NCBI GenBank assembly: GCA_038496445.1
Contig: JALMLS010000635.1
Location: 1 to 64,000 of the forward strand
Direction: 5' to 3'
Origin: Trichosphaerium sp. ATCC 40318
Taxonomy: Eukaryota; Protista; Tubulinea
DNA length: 64,000 bases
Shown: positions 1-11,910 of the stretch, piece by piece
Layout of the letters: every line of letters starts with the position of its first letter
How positions within the stretch are numbered: position 1 is the stretch's first letter
The notes under the pieces: generated by a model
The model's input: the letters and a program-made list of their open reading frames with translations, nothing else
Told to the model about the DNA's origin: nothing
The model's database searches: none
Position numbers and translations under genes: made by a program

Positions 1-859
1 ATCTTTGGCTGATGCTTCTATGAACTTTATCTTCAATTTACATCCTTAATGCCTGAGTGAATATCAAGACCGTGAATTTTTCTTTAGAATACAACTTATT
101 GACTTTACCTTGGCAACAGCATAATCAATTTTACGGTCATATATAAGATCACTTTTTGTTCCAACAAGTATTATTGGAATATTGTGCATTGCATATCGTT
201 CAACCTCTCTTAGCCACAGTATTACATTATCAAAAGACTGATGGCATGTAATATCATAAAAAACCAAAACACCTTTAGCAGCTCTAAATGGACGTAGCAT
301 ATCTTGTGTGATGAATCGGTGCTGACCTATAGAAACATGTTTAAAACAAACCCTCATATAGCAACAAACACACTGAAAGTATCCCAAACGTTGAGTTTTA
401 CTTGGTGGCCGTCAACTTGAATTGTTTTAAACTTCTACGAAAACATGAGCTAGAATTTCTAACACGTGATGTTAAACTAAAATGTAAGCAGCGTATTGCT
501 GGGAGAACAACGTTTTGGGCATTGTTTGCATGTTGCACGTATTACGTAATAATGATCACCCAATGTGGCTTCACTTTCTGAAAATGTTATCAACGAATCT
601 CAGTACAAAGTTTGTCTTTCCAACGCCAGTATCACCAATAGTAATGACTTTGTACGATAGTTCTCTACAACTCAATGTAAGCTATGGTAACAAGCCTAAA
701 ACCGAATGTACTGTTCTACATTCGACGTCTTAGTATTCGCTGGAGGGTTTGAAGGGGCTACAAATGCGTAAGTCAATCAATTCATACGCTTTGATAACCG
801 CAAGGTTGGCATACTGACTTACCTTTAATTTTTGTATCTTTGCTGCTTTTACTTCCCAT
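1..859 (-). pseudogene. Rab1-like GTPase pseudogene, inverted twin of 15730-16705; runs off the window start
   Basis: Near-identical reverse complement of 15730-16592, with ATG at 859 (MGSKSSK). A 2-nt deletion after 'RFVDN' gives an early TGA, DTFG has become DTFS, and the exon near 40-55 is frameshifted again. Confidence 0.8.
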
Positions 860-2533
860 TTATTTGATTTTAGTAAATCTGCAGTTTTACGTTTCCAGTT
901 TAAGTTAATTGCTGGCTTGTTTAAGACAGGCTTCCAAAGAGTCCTCACTATTGGAGGCAAGAAGGCGCTGCCTGTACATACAGGACAGTTTTATGATTTT
1001 CTGATACAAATTGGAAAAGCAGTTTTGTCTTCTAGCCCAAAGGCTAGTTCAACACGTGATTCAGAGGCACGGTATTTTTTGCGCCATTTACCTTTGTAAA
1101 AATTGTTATCAAGGCTAGCGTGTGTATTGACATTTCTCTAGTCCGTTTTAATGTGCTGCTGTCGATTGTATCATCTATTTTGGATTGATATTTATTACGG
1201 AATAACGAAATTGTTTGATAACAATAGCATCCTTCCTTCTCAAAGTGCAAACAAAAAGGACTACCATTAAATTGCACTTATAATTTCCTGACAATGATCC
1301 TGATATATTCTTTTCAATGTGCACATCCAGATAAACAGTTCAATATCACTTCGACATTTGTTTGACTTTTTCTTCGACATTTTAGTATAACCCAGATAAA
1401 CTGAACAAAGTCAGAAAATGAAGTATTCCGTAATGTGAATCAAATGTATGTTATTAATAACCTGTAGTGCTACTCAGAAGCGTTGTGAACACCGCCCTGC
1501 TTATAAGTTAACTTTATTCCACGTGATACTTGTATCAACCACTAAACAAATTTTGACCAAGGCCATGTATGAGAACACTACCAACAGATGAAAAAAAAAT
1601 ACTGTGTGAACAAAAATGTAAGCCATTTGGCTGACTTTGTTTTGTTCCATTTGGCACGCAAATAGTTTTTGCTAAGCCATTAGCCGACAATCACAGGTAT
1701 AGAATTAAAATTTATTACAGTAACTACACCTTGATGTGATTGCTGACAAGCGCTGATGTTTGATGTGATGCAATAAACTAATTTGATGAGCATGTAAGTA
1801 CTACCAATGATGTACTTGGAACTCAGGTGAAATGAAGCAGACTATTTTTTTTTATACTATTGTATGGTAATACTTGTGACATTTTTAGGTTACAGGCGAT
1901 TCTGGTTTGCCTCTGGTAGTCGTTGAGTAGGCAGAGACGTAAAGGTTGGTAAGCTGGTTATTATAGGTAGTGTTACTGGAGGAGCTTGTGGCTTCAATCC
2001 GGGTTGTTTTGCCGATTCAATAAATCCTGCTTGTAGCAATTCTGTTTGGTTTCTGGTCAGAGAAGGTGCTGTTACGCTTGGTTTTAATCAGGAAGGAATT
2101 GTTGGAGTAACTATCTTTGATTTGTTAGTTGGTTTGTCCTGTATATACAGGGCTACTGTATCTATAGGTATTGAAACAAGCAGGTTTGGTGCATCAGCTA
2201 TTTTTCGGTGTTTCTTGTTCGTTGTGGGTTGAGTAGTTGTATTATCCACTCTTTTCCTTTTGAGTGTTGGAAGTGCGTATTGGGTGTCAATGGCAGATAG
2301 TTCGTTTCTAATACGTTTCAGTTCTTCTTGATCTTTCTTATACGCAGCCATGCGCTGAAAAATAGGACTACACTTGTGTTCTGTATGAACTCGAAATGTT
2401 TCTTTTGTTTCTTTGTCAACGCATTTGTCCTCACCGTCTTCATTGTGCTGGTTTAATGATTTTCTTTCATTGCCTATGGTATCAATTACTATGAGTGTTT
2501 GGAACAATGGTACAAATGAGAAAGGTTTCAAAG
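1..2533 (-). repeat. Inverted segmental duplication, copy A (matches 14089-16592)
   Basis: Continuous high-identity reverse-complement match. Positions 1-14 ATCTTTGGCTGATG match 16579-16592, and the ORF translations 2088-2531 and 14078-14740 are nearly identical. Confidence 0.95.
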
Positions 2534-3787
2534 AATTATAGGATTGAAGAAAAAATGTGAGAAAAATAAGTTAATTGTCATTATTATTGTTCGTCTCACC
2601 TTTTGCATAGTCTTCCTTGTGACTGTCTAGATTATTTTGTAGTTCTTTTATTATAGAATCAGCTACAGGTATTTTATTCTTGCGTCTAGCAGTTTTGAGT
2701 GCTTTTGAGTACAAGTTGGCCAGTTGCATTGCTATTATATGTTAGTCGTAAGAGGCACCCTTAAAATAAACTCACATACCCAAATCGAATCGTGTTGGGT
2801 ACATCTCTAAAAGCATTGCTTGAGCAGTGTACCCACAATGCATACAATTCCAATAGTATTTTGAGTAATTGATCTCCAGCCCATAGATGGTATCTTCAAA
2901 TACACCTTTATTGAATAAAAGATCATAATTAAAATTCATCACAGCGTTGTAAATGCTTAGATCTCCCACGTGATCAGGTTTTTTGAACTCAAGACCGTTC
3001 TTTGATAAAAACTGTTTCAGCTAATTTTTTTGTTAGAAGCATTGTTTGTTATTTTCCTTTACCTTTTCCTGTACTTTGTAGGCATTAGAAAACATAGAAA
3101 CGTGACTCTTTGCCCCAAAATTGTGCGAGAAAAAACGTTGGCGCATGGCCAAAAAGAGCTTGGAACAGGAACAATTATTCAAGAGAACAAGAAGATAATG
3201 AAAATAACATACTTGGTTTCTTGCCTTTTTGTTTTCTATGAAAACCATCGTACTATATATATACTTCAGTTCTGTGACCTAATACTTCACCCCCAACTCG
3301 TTCCATCTAATTTGTAATCAGTAAAAGATAGCAAGCCTCAGTAACACAACGCAGCATCACGCTCGTAGGAACTAGTAAAAAAAGCATACTTCCTTTATGG
3401 CTGACAAATGCTGTTTAAACGCATCCACATCTTTCTGTATTACAATGTATGTTTTAAAATACTCCTTGGCGTGTATATCAGAATGTACCTAGATTCCCCT
3501 TTATTACACTCAGTGGCGAGCTGCTTCCATTCAGTTGCGGATAAAAAAATCACGTGGAATGAACTTTGTAACAGACTTTAGATCAATCTTGTGCTGTCGC
3601 GGTTTTGAGTGGTGTAACTTTAAGGCTTTATGAGCAAACTCGGTGATCTCTTCTAAAAAGTCTACTTCATCTAAAACTCAAAATAAGACAGAAAGCACAA
3701 AAGAAAACCAAAAAGCTAGCCTGAAAGTTCGCGTGACGACCCATCCGAGGCACACAAACTTCCATTCGATTCTCTCTCAATATCCAT
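1886..3787 (-). pseudogene. Degenerate copy 1 of the unknown 'HCGY...EMYPTRFDL' protein family
   Basis: Homologous to 7401-9622, including upstream sequence (about 3840-4045 vs 7150-7345). An extra base in the homopolymer at 3543-3549 frameshifts the gene, there are internal deletions, and another frameshift lies near 2088. Motifs KALKLHHSKPRQHKIDL and HCGYTAQAMLLEMYPTRFDL are retained. Confidence 0.7.
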
Positions 3788-4606
3788 TGTGGCTTTACTG
3801 TTTTTTGTCTGAGAGCAAGTTTGGAACAGGTGTACTTGGTTTGTCTGTATCGTATTAATTCAAGTTGTTACGCCTGAATATGAGTGAGTCAGTTTAAAAT
3901 AGCGTACAATATCGAAATTACGTAAATCTCATTCGTACCTCTTTTGTTTGTTCCACAGTAGTTAATAAATTTAATGTGTGGTGCTGGTCGCAAAGATAAT
4001 TACATGGTTTTTCTTATTAAATATGAAATGTCGCTTAACAACTCACGTTTACAATTAAAACGTGTATCTACACCAGGCCATGCAATTGTACTTATTACCT
4101 ATAAAAACGAGGAGGTCATATGTGTGGTAGCAATCACGTGATTTATTTGACATGATTGGTCAACTTTTACTGCAGTGACACAATCTTTTTAGAAATGACA
4201 TTCTGGTATCTTTTTCTGAAAAACATTTTGTGTTTTGTAGCGTTGGCAGTAACGACAATAATCACGTGGTGCCTCTACCAATCAAAAAGGTTAAGTTTTT
4301 TCAAATCGGAGCTTGCAACAGTCGCTTTTTGCCGTGCCTATTTTATGATGACTTAGCCATATTGAGTAATAGTTGAACACTCTTGCAGGGCATGGATCGG
4401 TTGTTTAGTACAGGATGATTGCCTTTAAGTTGAGTTAAAATTTTTGCGTTTTTATAAAAACTACTATAATAACACGTGGTACCATCTCATCGCATCTAGC
4501 TACATAGTTTGCGTGTTCAGTAGAAACTAAACAATAAACGGTAGTAAGCAACAGATTCATTCAACGACGCTACTGTGCACTTACCTGGTACTAGGCCTAT
4601 TAAATA

Positions 4607-6975
4607 ATGGACAACAACAACAAAAACAGCAATAAAAACGTACACCAATCAGTTTTTTTTCTTTTTTTCTTCATATTAATGCTGTTCAGGATGTAGATCA
4701 CGTGATTCCAATTACCAAGCCGCCAGTGTTGGATGATCAAAGTGCGTTTTAAATTTTAAACGAGTACAGTTTCCCTGGACTAAGTGTTTGGCCTTCTGTT
4801 CGCGAAACTGGGCTACAGCGTGTTGTATTTCGTAGAAACACGTGTGTTTTGGCGCCATTTGTCCGACATTTCCATTAAACAGCTCCTTCAAGTTGAGCTA
4901 TAACTCTATAATTGTGAACGCTCAAAACAGTTCTAACCTTTTTTACAGGCAATGACCAGTTGTTTAACGAAGTTATGGCTTTTGCTAAAAAGGCCATAAA
5001 GATGCACAATTCGAAACCCAGGAATCCCCAGATTAACCTAAATGATGCCACACAATTCAAAGCATGTGAGTATTTATCAAAGGGAGAATGGAAAGAGCTT
5101 GTTAACAGTGATAACAAACTAAGTAAAAAAACTGAAAGACGAAGGTAAAATTTTTGATTTGTTTTGGTTTGGATTGTTCTTATTTAACCTTACACGAAAA
5201 TGAACTTAGTATACGAGATGCTGCAAATATGGTTAAAATGTATATCGTAATACAAAAAGATCTACAAGGGTTTAAAAAGCACCTGAAAGAACTGAATGCA
5301 GTACACTTTTTTTTTGTTATCACAGTGATATGGACACATTGCTTATGATTTTAGACTCGAACAAAAAGGGGAAACAAAGTACCAGGACACTTTTTGAGAA
5401 CCTATTCTGCAGCAGTCTTTATGAAAAATGATACAGCGAGAAAGCAGGTAGTGTTGGGTTTTTTTTTTAATGTTTTACAAATTTATTTGTTTTTTAAGTT
5501 ACTCGTTGCTCTCTGTAGATGCTTGTTCTCAGGGATAAATGCCCGCAATGGCGGAATGTTTTCCAATGCTCAAATGGCACAAGATAAGGTACAGATAAGG
5601 AGGTTTTAAGTAGTGTCTTCAAAGGTATTGACGAAAAAATTAGTTGAAAGAGTTTTTGCACATGAACGGCCTTGTATTCAAAGAGCCTGAACAATTCAAG
5701 CCAGATAGCATATACAAGGCTGTTACAAGCTTCGATTTAGATCTGTTATTCAATAGAGGTGGCTTTAAAGACACTGTGTATGCGTTGGAGATATACGACA
5801 CGAGAGTGTCTTGGAAGTCGTTACATTGTGGGTACATTGTTCAAGAAATGCTACTAGAAATGTACCCAACGCGATTTGATTTAGGTACTAGCCTCACGTG
5901 TTTTTTTCCCATCTTGTTTGCCTCATCTAAATAAACGTAGCAAAGCAGTTGCTTGAACATTACAAAAAAGCACTGAGTGTAACGGATTGCAACAAAATGA
6001 AGACAGCTATCTTAACAAAAGAAAAACTACTAGCGCATGCGAAACATCAAGCAGAAGACTATGCTCAAAGAGAAAAAATGTATATAGCGAAAAAATCAAT
6101 CAAACGAGAGAAGGAAATACAACAGGAGGGTAAGAACCGTGGTGACACAGAAGTTACACTAAATAGGAGATCATACATTGGTTTTTTTCCCTCTTTTCTT
6201 TCTTGATCCAGAAAACAAAACTAACAAGTTGTAGATCCTATGGACTGTGAAGATTCTAGAATAGGTGATCCAATATTGAGTCCTCCTGTTATTAAAGACA
6301 ATCAAACTGTTCATGCTTGTTTTGAGTGGCTTAAACAAAATACAGGTAGTTAGTTTTTTTTTGTTCTTAAATGACTTCTAATAATGGTTTGCAGTCATGG
6401 GTGAAATTTACAACTCTAAGAACCTGCAACAAAGTAATGAACAAGGAGAAGATCATGATGATTCAAGAATGAATGATTTGGAACCTGAGCAAAATGTCTC
6501 TGAAGAAAAAAATGCAGAAAAGTCAGACCAAGACATTGTGATAAGAAAAAGAAAATCAAGAGTTACGGCAACTACAAGTACCAAGAAACAGCGAAAAAAA
6601 CCACCATTGCGGTATACATTTGATGTAAATCACAAGGCCGCTGTACAAATTAAAACAGAAACGCCAGACACAGTACCAATTGCATTCCTCGCAAAAGAGC
6701 AGTTGCCATCAACTCAACCAACAAATAATGACTTTGGCAATGGTACCTGGGATATATTGTTATTCTTTATGAATAATATCTCTGTAGATGGTTTACCCGA
6801 CAATTTTGAAGAACTAGACACGGATTATATAATGGTAGTTCGTTTTAGTAAGTCATTCTTCTTTAATCACTGTTTTTTTATTAAAAAGTTGGATTAGGAG
6901 GCAAAAGCTATTTCAAGACACCAGCAACTAAGAAGTTTATTAAAGAAAAAGATCTACCGAATGTCAGGATCTAGA
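4607..6975 (+). CDS. Unknown multi-exon, probably nuclear protein (family copy 2, apparently intact)
   Basis: About 11 exons join in frame through GT-AG introns: MDNNNKNSNKN...LFNEVMAFAKKAIKMH...LHCGYIVQEMLLEMYPTRFDL...KRKSRVTATTSTKKQRKK (NLS-like)...LPDNFEELDTDYIMVVRF-GGKSYFKT...VRI*. Motifs are conserved with the paralogs. Confidence 0.75.
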
Positions 6976-7400
6976 GACAAAAAGATTTATCAGTGATAGC
7001 AATCGATCATGTCAAGTAAATCACGTGATTGTTATATATTGAACGTGGACTTCCCATCACTTTTCTTGAGCTTGCTATATCCGGTTATCACCTTGCGTAT
7101 GTTTGCTAATTTTTCCACTTTTGTCACGTGATCACTGTGTTTTAAATACAAGTTGTTAAGCGACAAATTGACAAGAATAAAACATTTCATAACGTTTACT
7201 CAGCGCATCACCTATTATTAAGCTATTATCTCTCTGCTGTAAGGTACACATGAGATTTATCTAATAGCAACACTGTACGCTATTATAACTCACTCACTCA
7301 GTCAAATTCAGGCGTTACAAGTTAATAATTAAGAGGATACAGCAAACTGTCATATAGGAAAAAACCGTTGGTGTGAATTCTCAAACAAAGTTAAAAGACA

Positions 7401-9622
7401 ATGGATACGGAAAGTTCGCGATCTCCTGATGAGTCGTCATGCGAATCTAAAGGCAAGTAACTGGTTTTTCTTTTGTGCGTGCTTAAGTGTTTGTGAGTGG
7501 TTTTAGGCGAAGCAGACTTTTTTGAGGACGTAATTGAGTTTGGTCGAAAAGCCATAAAGCTACACCACTCGAAACCGCGACAACATAAGATTGATCTAAA
7601 ATCCGCTACGATATTCCCAAGAGAATACTTGTCATCACGTGAGTGGAGGGACCTTGCCTCTGCATGTAATAAAAGAAAAAAATCCGGGTAAGTACAAACT
7701 GCTTGGGTTCTTACTTGCTAAATGGTTGCTAGTAAACCTAACAAGAACGACGCCAAGGAGTATTTTAAAACATATATTGTAATACAGAAAGATGTGGATG
7801 CGTTTAAACAGCATTTGTCCACCATAAAGGAGGTAGGCTTTTTTGTTAAGCCATTACCAAAAAATCTTGCTAGTTTTATGGAGCCACCCTCACTTCACGC
7901 TTACTGTTTTAGATGGAAAGTGATGGTAGTATATTTTACGGTCACAGTACTGAAGTTTATAGTAAGGCAGTTTTCTTGGCTAACAAGAAAGCAAGAAACC
8001 AAGTAAGTGCATTCTTTTATTTTTAGTGTTTTTGGGTATAATGTTTTATTAAAGTTGTTCTTGGCCATACGTCAAAGATTATTCTCAAAAGGTAATAGAC
8101 GATGCAATAGCTCAATGTTTACAAACGCCCAAAACATACAAGACAAGGTACTGAAAAGTCATATAGCAACCCAGTTTGTAATTGACAAAAAATTAGCTGA
8201 AACAGTTCTTAACTTCGAACGGTCTTGAATTCAAAAAACCTGATCACGTGGGAGATCTAAGCATTTACAACGCTGTCATGAACTTTGATTTAGATCTTTT
8301 ATTCAACAAAGGTGTATTTGAAGATACTATCTATGGGCTGGAGATCAATTACTCAAAATACTATTGGAAGTCGTTACATTGTGGGTACACTGTTCAAGCA
8401 ATGTTACTGGAAATGTATCCAACACGATTTGATTTAGGAACTTTGTATTTTTTCTTGTTCCTCGTTTGTTTTTTTTTGGCACTTACAAGTAATAGCAACG
8501 CAATTACTCGACATGTATACAGACGCATTGAAAACTGCCAAAACCAAGAATAAGTCAGCTGCTTTGATAATAAAAGAACTACAAGATAATCTGGAAAGTC
8601 ACAAGAAAGACTACACGCGAGGCAACGTGAAGAATACTGAACGAGCAATTACACCAAAAGGTAACTTGGTTTTTTCTCACTTTTTTCTTCATATACGCAT
8701 TTATAATATTTCCTAACACTCATAGTACCTTACTTCAGATATGAATCTGAATCATTAAGCCCACATGATGTTGAAGAAAGTGAGGACAAAAGTGTTGATA
8801 AGGATGCGAACGAAATCATTTGTATTCACACAGAACCCAACTGTAGTACTATTTCTGAGCGCATGGCTGCGTACAAGAAAGATCAAGAAGAATTGAAACG
8901 TATAAGAAACAAACTGTCTGCCATTGATACCCAAGACACACTTCCAAAACTCAAAAGGAAAAGAGTGGTTAATACAACTACTCAATCAACAATCAACAAG
9001 AAACAAAAAAGAGCACCGAAAATAGATATGCCTGCTACTTCAACGAATATTGTTGATTCAATGCAAGTTGATACAACACTAGCTCCTCACACAACTAACC
9101 AAGAGACCAACATAATAGACCTACCAGCAATGCCTCCCTTGATACAACCAAAAATTCCTCAAACAGTAAACAAATCAGCAAGATTTGAGCCAATGTTGCT
9201 TCCAAAATCACAAAATACGACACCATTGCCTCCACTCACATTGCCAACATTATCACCTCCGAGCATTCAACAAGTAATACCAGAACCAGAATCACGTGTG
9301 ACAGAAATACAACAAATGACAGAAGTACAACAAATTTCCTTAACAACCTTAAATGATGATAGCTCAAGTGAAGGTACAACATTTAGTATTACACGCTTAC
9401 TATACCTAAAAAGTCTATAAAGAATTACCTGAAGACTTTAAGGATATTGGAGAAGATTATGTGATGATTGTTAGTTTCAGTAAGCAGCTACTACTCTAGG
9501 ACTAATCCATTGAACCATATTTTGAAAAACTGAAACTAAAACTTTGTTCAGGAGGCAAGTACTATAAACAAACGTCAAAAACTGGAAAGTACATTGAAGA
9601 ATGCATTAACCTGGACAAATGA
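7401..9622 (+). CDS. Unknown protein (family copy 3); requires one GC donor and one GA donor
   Basis: Exons are open and homologous to copy 2, including the C-terminal LPEDFKDIGEDYVMIVSF-GGKYY motif. The first donor is GCAAGT (7453); the donor after YPTRFDL reads GAACTT (8438). Confidence 0.65.
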
Positions 9623-10060
9623 TGGTAAACCACTGGACATGTTGTATTTACATGGTACTTAATAAAGTATTGTGACTGTCACAAACAATTGCTCTTATAA
9701 ACCTTCAGTTTATATACTATCTCATTATGCAGTTACACAAACTGGTTGTTTAGTCTACAGAATTGACCCGGCTGAGGGTAAGTTGTTTTAACAGTAATCT
9801 CAATTTTTGGCACATTATGGCCACAACCGTAGCTTCAGAAGACTGTTTGTATATCGAGATGCAAATTGATGGTGTTCTTAATTTAGTAACACTATCTTCA
9901 GCGTGGCTGCGTTTAAAGTTTATCGTAAATCTTGGTCAAACAATACGAGCTAATATGATGCGTCGCATGTTTCGTATGGAACTTCCCTTTGTAGGCACTC
10001 AATGTAGGTCATGGAGTTGACCCGGATTAGATAGAGAAAGAAAAAGATGAGCAAAACAAT

Positions 10061-11045
10061 TTATTGTTTGTGAAGAGCTAATGAGCTATTCCTCCCATAC
10101 CACACCATTTCTCTCATAATAACAGGATCAATTTCCTGGGCGTTATCACAATAATCCGGTAATTTAAATATCTAAAGCATACAAGTCAGAGAAAAGACAT
10201 AAAAACAAAAACTCATACTTCTTTGACATCAAACGAAGGATTTTCGTCCACGTAATTTATCATGTGAGTAGAATCCTCATGTGGAACAATCATCACTGGG
10301 CGTCCGTTATTACTAGCAACGTTCCAATAGTAATGTTCTTCTTTTACCCATCCTGTGAACGTCTTAATACTATAACAACTGGAGTACGAAGTTTACCATT
10401 ACACAAAATATCGTTCACTATTTTTTGTCCAATGTATTCAGCGCCTTCAAGCCAATCTGGTCGGAGGGGCGTAATACCAATAGGAGCTACTTTACACTCT
10501 TTTTTGCTCTCTTGGAATATCCACATCTTGAGAAAAAAAGTTAAAAAGTAATCACGTGGCAAGAACAGAAAACAACATTTCTCTGCCGACAAAATTGTCT
10601 TCCGTACAGTTCTATCCAAGTGAATGATCTGGTACACCTTAGGTATGTTAGTAACCTGATTCAAGGTTGTGTAGCGTAAACGTACCTCTCCAAAACCGAT
10701 GGTTATTGCAGGATTGGTTTTAGGTCCTAAAGAGAAGTTACACTCAGGTGTGATTAATTACCAACAGAACCGTTTGTGCTTACCCAAAACATCTCCACGC
10801 AATGCGCGCAAAGGCCAGTGGTACCTTGAGAGAATTATTAAGCTTTTCACTATGTCATAGAGCGAAAAGGACGTTATTGAAGCCACGCACCAATATTTTC
10901 CTGCTGAATCCTCTCCTACGCTCTTTCCAAGGGTTGAGCGTTGTTGGTAGTATGTATCTGGGTATGTTGGAGGCTCAAGCTGAGATAAAACACAAGAACA
11001 AGTTAAAGATACAAGTATCAATACTACAGCTGCAGTAGGTGTCAT
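10061..11045 (-). CDS. Secreted ependymin-related (EPDR / At4g14100-like) protein
   Basis: Signal peptide MTPTAAVVLILVSLTCSCVLS, then PPTYPDTY, KECKVAPIGITPLRPDWLEGAEYIGQKIVNDILCNGW and a C-terminal FKLPDYC. These motifs are typical of EPDR-family proteins. Confidence 0.75.
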
Positions 11046-11910
11046 CGCGTGATATGGTTTGGTTAAAAGCCAAAAAAACGAACACGGGGAAAATCTTTGG
11101 CGGTAGCACTTGTTCGTGTGGCTCATATATCATCACTACAACGTGGCAGAACTTGTGAAGAAAATTGCTAGGAAAGTTATTTTTCCGCTTTATTGTTCAG
11201 TTAATCTGAGATACTGAACTGTTTGTAGAAGGTGAGGTAGCGTTACTGTTACAATCTCTGAAGGTTGGCATGAACGAGTCGAATGTGAGTAAAGACAACT
11301 CGTTAAAGTGAATGTCAGATCAATAAACGATGCCAGTCGTGAATAATATGGACAACTTTTTAAACCTCTCTAGCAGCACGCACGTGGCTTTCTATTATGC
11401 TCGCGTAAAGTACTCCATAAGGTACACTAATGTTATAGCTTGCAGAGCAAAAGGCTACCTATGTTCACAAACCGTCCGAAAAATCAGGTTTAGCGCATCA
11501 CAATTGCTTAATTTCAAGTCAAATTCAGTACACCGGCTGATGACCATACCTCGTAAAAAGGCTCTTTGTTTTGCACCTCAACCCTGTGATGTTTTCATGC
11601 AGTATGACATTGTACAAACGATTATTTGTCTTTCTTTTGCCACAATCAACTACGCTAATGTGTTAGCATGGGTATATCACATTTACAGTGCTCGCTTACA
11701 ATCTAACCAGCTTTTTAGGCTCTGATAAACAAAACATTCCACGAAATCATAAGCGACCACTCAGTCCACCGCTACTATTACTACAACCACTACATACCTG
11801 AAAACGACCTAATGCATTATGACATGGATAGAAAGGCAGCATCAGAAGACATACACATGTTCTTAAAGAACAGAGTCAAGTTCGATTTTAAAAACTCAAT
11901 TACAGTTACA

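Noticed and set aside
4071-4592. Possible TIR element between family copies 1 and 2 (ACCAGG/CCTGGT)
   Set aside because: Only about 6 bp of complementarity and no target-site duplication.
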